Shown here: positions 49,101 through 60,600 of the stretch, in pieces
How positions within the stretch are numbered: the stretch's first letter is position 1
Layout: each line of letters opens with the position of its first letter
Assembly (NCBI GenBank): GCA_964270895.1
Contig: OZ185442.1
DNA length: 64,000 nt
Direction: 5' to 3' (one strand)
Source of the DNA: Podarcis filfolensis
Taxonomy: Eukaryota
Program-made: the position numbers and the translations under genes
The notes under the pieces: generated by a model
Told to the model about the DNA's origin: nothing
Seen by the model: only the letters and a program-made list of their open reading frames with translations
The model's database searches: none

Positions 49101-52100
49101 GTGCCTGAGCCTGAGGAGTAGGCCAGAAGTCTAGGGAGTGGAGAGCTGGATCCAGGGCAGGGTTGGCAGAGGACTGTTTCACCCCATGACATCAGACACT
49201 CCTAGTCAGATCAAGCCAGTGTGAACCAGCCCATTTGCTTGCAGTGAGGACCAGGACAGTTTGATCCAACCCCTACAAGCCCAGACCTCACATCAAGACT
49301 GGTGACCAATAATTGCACGGCAACAACTAGGACAACTTCATTGCAACCATGGTCAAGTCCTTCCAGCAGCCTTAGAAGAAGGAGACACCCACACGTTGGC
49401 TTCAAAATCAGAGGCATGGGGGAGAATCAGTGGGTGATTACACCAGTGTGTTTAGACTGTAGGCCCAGGACTGGAATTGAAATAACAAGGTGTATATGCT
49501 GCAGTACCAGTTGAGGCTAAATGACGAGATCCTTGATGAATTGGGGCAAACAGCTCTGCCTGGCATCTGATCAGCCCTCATTCAGCTGTGTGGTAGACCT
49601 GAAGGTTGCCTGGAGTTCCAGTACCATGCTCTGGCACACATTTCCCATTGTAGTGTGTGAACATGATTGGTTTCAGGGGAGGAACCTATGCAGATTGGAT
49701 TAGCATGTTCCCGGTTGATGAAGGATGAGAAGACAGGAAGGTGAAAGAAGTGTGTGTGCCTCTGTTGTGGGAAGGTGAGGCACTGTGCCATGTTGTGTTC
49801 GGCCAAGCCGGTTGTCAAGACTCTGGTACTAGAAAACTCAAAATCCTAACTCTTATAGAGGTCTGGGAGCTGGGACCAAAGAAGGAATGTGGACCTCCCC
49901 AGAAGGCCCCTGAAGCTCCACCACCACTCAAATCAGCCATCACCCTGCCTACTGTCTTGCACACCCCTTTGGGGAAAGGGGTGCCTACTTGAGTCATGAT
50001 AGACTCAGGACCCTCTAGCAATTTCCTGGATTGGGACATTGCCAATCAGCAGGGCATTGGTTCATGGGAGCTCAGTGAGTCACTCTTCATGGATGCCATT
50101 GACAGTAGAGCAATGGTGCCTGGCACAATCATGCGGGCGACTGCACCTGCTACTCCTGAAGTTGCTGGACCCCCAAGAAGAGCTGACATTTTACCTGGCA
50201 ACCCCACCATGCTTTCCCATTATGCTGGGGGCTGCCCTGGTGCGCTCAGCACAACTTGTGCATCTCGTGGGGGCAGCAGTCCCTGGCATTTTCACTTCTA
50301 TCAGCAGTACTACAAGAAAACAGGATGTGTTGGCTGCAGCCACTGCGCTTTCTTCCCCTGAAAACACCTTGCCCCCTTTCACAGCAAACAAGGACAAACT
50401 CCCAGCCAAGTATGCCATCTTTCAGGATGTGTCCTGCAAGAAAGAGGCTGGCAAGCTACCACCACACTGTCCCTACACTGTGTCTGTGGTACCGCAGCAT
50501 CCCTATCGCCACCGAGATGGATCCAGGAAAGGCATAGTGTGGTTTGACCCAGCAGCCACCTTGAACCAAGAAGGGTTTTCAGCATCTCATGGGGTTCACA
50601 AATAACTCCTGGAAGTTCATTGTCTCCTTCCCTTACTGTGCCATTGACCAACTGCCTCAAAGGTGGGAAATCCTTTCAGTGGACCGAGAAGGCTCAAGAG
50701 GGTTTTCATGGTTGAAAATAATGCCTCTGATGTGCCTATTGGGGTAGTGTTGTTGTAGGCCAACCAAGAAGAAAGAGTTGGTTCTGTGCGCATACGATTC
50801 TCGGAAACTGACCCCTCCCAAGCAGACCTGCTCCAAATGGAAGAATTGAGGAACGTGCACAATATGTGGGATAACGCTCACTTGATGAAACATCATCTGA
50901 TCTCCCCACAACCAAATAATGATGAGTACTTATTAAATAGCCAACATGGTCTAATCTTTCTGGAAACAAAGCAGCCTAGATGCGCATTAAAAAGGTTGTC
51001 TGGAAGCGACCAATAACATTGTCACCTACTAATAGTGAACTCAAGAGTGCCATTCCCTAGGAAGCCAAAACAGCAATAAGGGAGTTATTGGCCAGCTTGG
51101 AGGCATCTTGTGCTTTGCAAAAGTAGTAGAGACCTCAGAACAGCACGCTCGGTAGCTACAGAATTTTGAATGTCCATTGGAGTGGGGATGAAATCAAGTA
51201 TCTGGGAAAATGGCATGACTGGCTGGAACCCTGAACCAAGAGCATTCAGCTCTGCAACATTTTATTGCATGTCCCACTTATTACCCAGAATGCTTTGCTT
51301 ATTTCTCTCAGCATGGGGCTAATTGAAGGGTGCTAGAAGGCAGAGCAGGAAGGAGAGTTTGGGGAATCTTGGTGTGTATTTGACCCCATCCGCACTGAAC
51401 ATTTAAAGAGGTATCATACCACTTTAAACAATCATGGCTTCTCCCAAAGAACCCTGGGAAGCATAGTTTGTTCAGGGTGCTAAGAATTGTTAGGAGACCT
51501 CTATTGTACTCACAGAGCTACAGTCTCCAGATTTCCCTGGGAACAGGGATTGATTGTTGAACCACTCTGGGAATGGTATCTCTGTGAGAAGAATAGGAGT
51601 CTGTTTGTTAGTCCCCTCACAGTGCTCCAATTTCCAGAGTGGTTTAACAGTCTACTCCTCCTCACAGGGAATTCTGGGAACTGTCATTCCATGAGGGAAA
51701 TTGGGGTTTCCTAACAACTCTCAGTATCCTTAACAAACTACTTTTGCCAGAATTCTTAGGGGGAAGCCGTGACCACTTAAAGTGCTTAAACCTTATGGTG
51801 TGAATGTGGCAGATGCCTGCAGCTGGTTCCACTCAGTGGCCAACATCTGGAGGGCTACAGAGCCCCCAGCCCTACACACATGAGTGCGCAGGGCCAGCCC
51901 ACTCAGGAGGCAGAGTGAAGCAACCGCCTCAGGTGGCAGAATACTGCGGGACGGCACTCCCACAAGGTTGCATGGCAACTGCAGTGGCAGCTTCTGGTGA
52001 GATTATATAGTAGTTTATTATTTATACCCCGTCCATCTGGCTGGGTTTTCCCAGCCACTCTGGGCGTCTTCCAACAAAACACTAAAATACAATAACCTAT

Positions 52101-54143
52101 TAAACATTAAAAGCTTCCCTAAACAGGGCTGCCTTCAGAGGTCTTCTAAAAGTTTGGTAGTTATTTTTCTCTTTGACATCTGGTGGGAGGGCGTTCCACA
52201 GGACGGGTGCCACTACCAAGAAGGCCCTCTGCCTGGTTCCCTGTAACTTGGCTTCTTGCAGCAAGGGAACCGCCAGAAGGCCCTTGGTGCCGGACCTCAG
52301 ATTTCATGTTTTCCAACGCATGCATGGCAAAAATTCTCCTTTCTGGTGGAGTTAGGCGATCAAACTAACCAAGGTGAGAGAGATCTTGCCTCAGAGTAGT
52401 TTGCCCATTGGCACGAACTCTCTGTGCTACACTGCCTGGCTGCAAGAGGAATCCTTGCCCTCCTCTACCATCCCCACAGCTGCTCCCCCCAGATTTCTGA
52501 TCAGGTGCAGAATACGGTGCTGCACGTTGCCTAAAGGATGTGTTTTATGAGGTGACTAATATAACTAATAAATAAATAAGCTTGGTAAAATTCTCCTCAG
52601 CCTTTGACAGGATGGTGCAGGGCACCGATACAGATGACCAAACTGCACGCTGGGAAACGTATAACCGTTTGTATATCGTCTTGTCAGGAGAATTTTTGCC
52701 ACACGGAAGGTAGCAAAATGGTTGCCTGTAATGGACTTAATGTACAGCTACCGCTGTTACACATGCACTTCGGCTACAATTCGGTGGATGTTATTCATTT
52801 AATGAGAGGACCCAACTCAGGGGGCGGCCCCCCTTTTTTGTACTCTCCACCCGTCAACTGCCCCCCACATCGCATGCTGAGGTGTAGCCTAGCTCAACAG
52901 GGCTTCCTTATTAGAGTGTGACTCATTAAGCATATGCAAATCAGACTGGAACAGCCGGTGATAAGGCTCCAGTCTTGGGGGTGGGAAACGGAAAAGACAT
53001 CTTAAGAGGAAGGCAACTCTCTACGCCCCCATCCCTGTCTTGCACTGCAGGGCTGGTCCAGGTAGGAGCTGGAGGGCCAGGAGAGGGCAAAAGAGACCCT
53101 GGAAGCAAGGAGGGCTTTCCTTTTTTAAAACTGCTTTGGGTGAGGCAGCTTTTAGGCCAGACTGGAGCGAGAAAAGCAGTGTAAAACCTGCTCACTAAAG
53201 CTTTCCATTGTGAATGGTGGGGGTGGAGGGAGAGTTGACTTCAATCACTTTCAGTTATCATAGTATGTAGGCCCAGCCGTGCCCGAAATGGTTACAGTTG
53301 TGTACCTCAGCTGGGGCTGCTTGTTATTAAGAAAGAGATTTTCCCCACTTCAAGCTAAGCTACGTGCAGTTCTAGCACGGGACCAAAAGTGCCCAGAGCG
53401 GGGAAGTCCACTTTCTGACTCTCCCCAGTTGCATCCAAATCACACCTTCCCCTCCCAGGTACCTCGCAGTGTTGTGTGTGCCTTGTTTGGCTGCATCCTC
53501 TACTGGCAGCACGTTCACTAAGGGCAGGATTAGGTAATTTGATTCGTGGGGATCTTGGGGGCCAGGAATTGAAATGGATGACTTTGTGGTTTTAACAATC
53601 TGTGGAAATTTTGTTTTGTTTTGTTATTTCTATCCCCTGTGAAGCTGGGCGAGTGGTTGCCTAGGCCCTCCTTTTGCAAGGTTTCACTTTCTGATCTGAG
53701 CTGCTGGGGTCTCCCCAAACATATTGGGCCTTTCCGAAGAGTGTTCTATAGAATAGATTTCTGTAGTGCTAAAGTCACACAAACTAGGGTCTAGCATTTG
53801 TAGTGCAATATCTTATTCCTTTGTAGTGTAGCTTGGGAGGTGGTGGGAAGGAGAGGATGTAGCGTATGTTGGAAAGCAAAAGTATGCCTCTTTTTATTTA
53901 TTTTGTGCACATGATCCATGTTAGAAAAAAAGCAACTTTTAGCTCTCATCTTTGCACCTTCTGCCATGCCATGCTATTTGGACCCAGTTATGTATAAATA
54001 GGGGTATGGGAAAGCGGGGAAGGAGTCAAGTTTGTTGGTGATGCCAAATTATTTAGGAGAATCAAAAAATTCAACAGAACTAAATGAAAAACATGATGGC
54101 AGTAATATTGCAAAATGAGATAACAATAATGATGATGATGATG

Positions 54144-54186
<43 letters not shown>

Positions 54187-57100
54187 CCTGCCCATCTGGC
54201 TGGGTTTCCCCAACCACTCTGAGCAGCTTCCAGCAATGGATAAAAACATAATAAAATGTCAAGCATTAAAAACTTCCCGAAACAGGGCTGCCTTCAGATG
54301 TCTTCTAGAAGTTGCGTAGTTCCTTATCTCCTTGACATCTGATGGGAGGGCGTTCCACAGGGCGGGTGCCACTGCCGAGAAAGCCCTCTGCCTGGTTCCC
54401 TGTAACTTCACTTCTTGTGGGAGGGAACTGTCAGAAGAGCCTCGGAGCTGGACCTCAGTGTCTGGGCAGAATGATGGGGGGACCACCTCCTGCGGTGAGC
54501 ACTGGAAGGGAGGATAAGTGGCCTTTAGGGGCCTGGTCCTCTCATGGATATTCCAGGTTCCTCCTCTGAATTTTCTGCTTCCATTAAAAAGAGAAAGAAA
54601 CTATTGTTTTTACTTGCAGGAGATAACTAGGAAAAACATGCAAGCAGTGTTCTGCCCTCTTGCTCAACAAAAAGTAAACTGCTTTTCAGTATTGGCCACT
54701 GAAATGTCTTTCCATTATATTGGTCAAGATATAGTAAGAGAGAGATGGGAATCTGCCAGAAGTTATTAGACTCCATTTTCCATCAGCCTTAGCCAGCAGG
54801 GCCAATGGTCAGCAGGGCCGGAGGCTCCAGAGGGTGGCACCACTGCCACTGTGCACCCACTGCATGCCACCTCCAGTTGCCCACAGGGCACACACTGCTG
54901 CTGGGTGACCTCTTCCTCCTCCTGTTCCTCTGCCACTGTGACTATGTCCTCCCCACTGTTGTGTCTCCTTTACACCACCTGGAGGCAGCCTGGGGAAGCT
55001 GTGGTTTGCTTGGCTGGCAGGTGGTCTGCTGTGCAGGCTATGGAGAGGTGGGGATAGATGAGGGACTGTGGTGGTGGGACTTGGTCACAGCAGCGGAGGA
55101 GCAGTAGCAGGTGCCGAGCAGTAGTAGATGCCCAGCGCTGATGAAGATCAGGAGGGGACAGAGGAGGGGGAATAGCTCCAGGGCTTTTGCCTCAAGCAGC
55201 AGAATGACCTGGGCTGGCCTTAATGGTCAGGGATGATGGGAGATGGAGTCCAATAATGCAGGAGAGCCACAGATTGCCCATCCCTGATCCAACTAGGCAT
55301 ATATTTTCAAATTCTATGTACTGTAAATGTTACTGTATTGATATTTAAATACTTTAGATTAGTATTTAAGTTCTGGGTGTTCTGCTCTGATTCCCCCCAC
55401 TGCCGCTTGGTGTACCGTCACAATCTGATTTAGCGCTCACCCCCATTTTCTTTCCACCCTCTTTTCTTTCTCTCATAGAAGTAAGAATGTCTAAGCCCCT
55501 GGAGCTGGAGAAGGCGCGGCTGGAGCTGCAAGAGGAGCACACAGGTAGCAGTGCCTGGAGGGACGGGATGGGAATTTATTTGTCCATTATAATTTTTATG
55601 AACTAGCAAAATATCTGTCATTATGAGCTTTGAAAAGTGGGTGAGGGATGGGAGACTGCTGTGATGTGCACAGTGATCACTAGAGTAATCTCACCTCAGT
55701 ACAGACTTCTGTGCTCCTCCATCACCCAACAACGGTGCCCAAAAGCCATTTTCCTTTGTCCCATAACCCCACAGTTGCAGGGAGACCATGCCTCAGCTTT
55801 CATTTGCTTTGCTCTGTCCTGAGTTCCATTCTTTGGTCCTAATGGAATGTGACAAACTGACAAGCTTAGGAACTAGCCTTCATATAATATATGAAACACA
55901 TGTTTTGTGATATGTACACTTCTTGTTTCTTTTGTAAACTCCTCCTCCTTCTCCTTACTATTATTGTAAAATAAATCCTCCCAATGTTCTGCATTTTAAA
56001 AAGTTTTTTGGACCCAATAAATTAGACTAAGCAATAAATATGCAACTAAGGTAACATATGATTTGCACTAGCAAGTTTTTGAATGAATCTTAGTGAAGCA
56101 AATTTGGGGGAGAGGGGTAAAGCTGGGCATAAAGAAAAATGGTCATGTCGGGTGTCTGGGGACTGAGAAGAGAAGCAGTGAGAAGTCCTGAAAGCGATTG
56201 TTTTAGGGGAGCAGAAGGAATGAAGCAGAGAATAAATGGTAGAAGGCAGGCTGGGTGGAAAGAAGCAGCCAATGTTTGGTACATGGCCATGCCACTTAAC
56301 TATTTAGTGGGCCAGATTACCCCTTGGTAGAAAGAAGGGAAAGCACCAAATATCAGACAAAAAGCGGGGAGACCTCAGAGGTTTGCCTACCTCTATAAAC
56401 ATGCTACATGTACAATCCATAAAACATTCAGGAAAAAAAGCTTGTGTCTTTAGAATTTACTGTAATGTAGAAATGAATGCAAATATTGCATACAAAACCA
56501 CCTAGCCTTTATATTATAACAACTCATTTCAAAAATGTAATTAAGTCCCTTTCTTTAAAACCATACCAGCATTGTCCAAAACGCCAGAATTATAGTATGG
56601 GTTGCATATATATCTTGATTTTAGAGTGATTCTACACTTGGGCATGTGTGTTCATGCATGTACAGTACCATAAGAAACATCATAGCCATGACTGAAATCC
56701 TGCAAGCGACAGAGAAAGGCACAGGGCCTGCGGGGAGAGGAGAAGAAGAAACAGGCATGGCAGGCTTGATGAGGCCTATGGGACTCCTATTTGGGAATGT
56801 AGGCCTTGGGAGGAGGGCTCAAGGAATGGGGATTATTGAAGCGATGGCTTTGTATGGAAGCTTTATGACAATTATCTCCTTTGCTTTCAGATACAGAAAG
56901 AAATGGACCTGACACAAACCACCAGGTGAGAAAAGGTGGCCAGAAGCTGGAGGTTTAAAGTAGTGGCACAAATGTTGTTGTGGCAGACAAGGGGCATGCT
57001 CTTAGTCTGTCCATGCTGACTTCCTTTTTCTCTCTTTGTCCCTTGCAGACCCAGCAGAGCAAACCTTCCCCGTTCTCCCCATCCCCAACCAGCACCGGCA

Positions 57101-57619
57101 CCAAGGTAAGTGGCATCCTCTAGCCAACCCACTTGCAGCTTCCACTAGCACCACGGCAGGGGACAATGTTTCTCTGCCAGTTCTCACCATACTCAAAAGG
57201 GAAGACAGTTTCCCATACATGCTTGTAATAACAGTGGTCTCTACCAGTAGGGACCATCTTCCAACAGTTTGCAGGGCTGCTTTTTTATGCTTCTTTGTGC
57301 ATGGGGAACAAGGTTAAGTGTCCTCTAGATACCATCTATGGGGAATAAAAATGTCACCTCTCATCTGCAACCACTATAGCCAAGTCTAAGAGAATGGAGG
57401 TCAGAGAGGGAAGAAATCAGGTTGCAGGTTATAATATTAATGAGGAAATAGGAATCCAATTTTGCAGTGCCTCTGACTGGGGAACCTCTGAACTTTGGCA
57501 CCCAAGCCACACTACCACTTCACAAGGAGGAGAGATTTGCTTGTTTTGTGAATGGATGTGTGTGTGTATGAAAAAATGTATAAATACTAATAAATATATC
57601 AATAAATATATTTTAATAA

Positions 57620-57670
<51 letters not shown>

Positions 57671-60600
57671 TTAATAGGTAAAAATAAAGGTAAAATATGT
57701 TAATAGTTAATAGGTGAAAAGGGAGGCTGAGGTACCTAGCTATGTTCACTAGCAGCTGCCACCAGAGGGAGCACCGCATCAATTTGCAGTGCCCTTCGTG
57801 AAGAGGGTAGCCGCATTCTGATCTTCACAGTGGTTTGGGAGGTGCAAATCAAGCCAGCTTGTATCAGAATTCAGAAAGAACAAATTCCTGAAGTATCCCT
57901 ATTTATTATGATAGAGGTGTATAAAATTATGCATGGTATGAAGAGAGTGGGTAAGAAACTCACCCCCCCATCATAATACTAGGACCTAGGGCCATCCAAT
58001 AAAGCTACATGTTGGAAGTTTCAGGACAGACAAAAGGAAGTACTTTTTTTCACACAGCATGTATTTAAACGATGCAATTCACTACCAAAGATGTGATGGC
58101 TTCAAACTTAGCTGGCTTGAAAATGGGATTAGACAGATTCATAGAGGATAAGGCTATCAGCAGTGGCGGAGCTTGCTGCTCCGGCACCCGAAGCAGGGCA
58201 TATGCTGGGCGGGGCTAGCCGCCTGCAGGGGCGGGGCTAGCCGCCAGGAGCGCTGACGAGTCTCGGGGGGGGAGGTGCTCTGGCGGCGGGAGCCTTTCAT
58301 GATTAATACACTGATAAGTTTAGGCAATAGGTTTATTAGAGTGAAAAGAATTTGGAAAGGATAGGAAGTCAAGTTTACATTTCATTCTCCTTCTCAGTGC
58401 TCCTCCTTGATTCTCTGAAGACCAGTGGTCCAGAGGGTTGTTTAAATGCCTTTTTACAAAAAGGATTTCCGAATGGCCTGTGCTGTGCTTTGAAATCCCA
58501 ATAAGTGGGGCTGCAAAGGGTAACATGACCTGCCACCCATCTGTCAAATTTTGTCCAGGAGGGTTGGAGAGACAAGGATCCGACCCACTCGCCAGAAAAC
58601 GTTCTCCACCTCTGTTTATCAGTGTGTTTATCTGTCTTAGCTGACCACTGTTTCCTCCAGATCTCCTGTGGTTCTCTAAATGCTGTACTGCAACTCCCAT
58701 CATTCCATGCTAATGGGAGTTGGAGTCCAAAGACATCTGTGGGCCACAGGTTCCCCATCCCTACCCCAGAACCAGCTATGGTGGCTGTAGATGAGTGAAT
58801 TCTAAGGAAAAGTATCATTTCTGCAGTGCCATGAAGTATTATTTACTACATTTCTATTCCAGTCTTCATTTGTAAAGCAACTTACAGGTCCCTCAGGCTA
58901 GTCCTCCCATCAGGTCACTGACCTACCGGTACCTACTTAGCTTTAAAACTCTGTTTTTTTTACAGCCCCTCTATATTTTCTGGTTAAACAAATGTTGCTG
59001 TGTTTTGAAGCACAACAGAAACCTGCAAAACCCATTTTGTCCCAGGACTGGAATCATGAAGTAATTCAATATCCCCCCCCCCCAGTTGATTGATTTCTGA
59101 GTAACTGAAGAAACTTATTTTTCATTTTTCTGGTATAATATATAGCTGAGTGGAAGGTTGGGTGGGTCAGAACCGTGGGCAACTTTGTACTTTTGAAATC
59201 AGTGTGGTAGAGACTCATGAATCAAGTTTGGTTTTGCGGGGGAATTCCCTGTGCCTCAGGCCCAGCAGCAAAACAGGAAGCCAACCTAGCAATGAGTCAG
59301 AGAGATAGCATCAACTTCCAGTTGTTGGGATTTTGGTGCTTGTGTTGCTCTTTGTCCCTTTAGCAAGTCGCTTGCAGGAGCAGAGTGAATTAAACACGTG
59401 TAGAGCTGCTTATTTAGCATAATGTATTCAAGTTGCAGAATTTTTTTGTTTTCCTTGGTGTTGCTTAGCATCACCCAGCACCCTGGACAATGTTCCTCAG
59501 TTCCATTGGGCCATCATCCTCTCCCTGCAGTGACACAGATAGGACTCCGCATTTTCAATGGTAGCCTTAAAACCCGATCCTTTTGCGCTGCCCTGTGAGA
59601 GCTACCCATTGCCATAGCTCTGCTTAAGCGCTTCTTCCAGGCTGGTAGCTCGGATGTTAGGGAAGGGGAGATTAGGGGCACAAGAGAGGGGGTCAGGAAG
59701 CATGGAAGGAGAAGGAGGACAGCATCAAATTTGTGTCTCAAACAAGCAATGTTGAGCTGCAACAGGAGCGGAAGGATATCTGTCACACACAGCTGGAGAG
59801 AGAGTCGTACTGATTCTCTTTCATCTTGTTTTCTCCCTCCAGATCAAAGCTGAAGACCCAACAGAAATTCCTCCAGCTCCAGCCCCAGTCCCGGCTCCCT
59901 CAGCTCAGCAGCCACACCTGCCCCAGGCCCAGCTTATGTTAGCTGGCAGCCAGCTGGCTGGGGTAAGTGGAAGGTCCTGTGGCCAGACATAGATTACGGA
60001 GTTTGGCTTAAGTGGCCCAGGGGGTGGCAGGGAGGTGGGTACAAACAAAGGGCTGTTTCCATGACCAGTTTTCTAACAACTGAAAGTCCTGAACTCAAGA
60101 AGCATTGAGCCAACGTTCATTATATAAAAAGCATGGTTATTATCTGATGGGAAGCTTCTCTCTTTCCATATAGTTGTTTCATAGATTATGTAGAAACAAA
60201 TCCAGGTTTGTAAGTATACAGATTAGAGAGAGAGAGAGAGTGTGTGTGTATCTTCTGACAACCACACTGTATGTGTTTATTATTTAGGTGTGCACTTGGA
60301 AAAAATAGTTAAAGAAATCATGTATTAAAAGGCCTGTGGTATCCGTTAATGATTCAGAATAGTTTAAGGGAAATAGAGGGTTGATAGGATGATGGTAGCT
60401 GGGGAGGCATGGCTCCCTGGCACTCTGGGGTGGACACTGAAGGATGATGAAAAGGAAATGATGATTTTGAAATCTCACCCCTCTCCTCTCCTCTTAATGT
60501 GGTAAGTAAAGGCCTGGGGAAGTGGACATTTCTCCAGTGCAGGTGTGGCTTGTGGAGAGGCTTGGATTGAAACTAAATTCTCATTCTGCATTGCCCTAGC

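Noticed and set aside
12902-55478. Recursive splice sites (YAG|GT) in the 42.6-kb intron, e.g. 23441, 46015, 53457
   Set aside because: None combines a strong pyrimidine tract with a strong regenerated donor.
59476-59493. REST/RE1-like site CAGCACC-CT-GGACAAT (and a reverse one at 29358-29371)
   Set aside because: The left half and spacer fit, but the right half departs from GGACAGCGCC at several informative positions. Too weak to call without a matrix scan or ChIP data.
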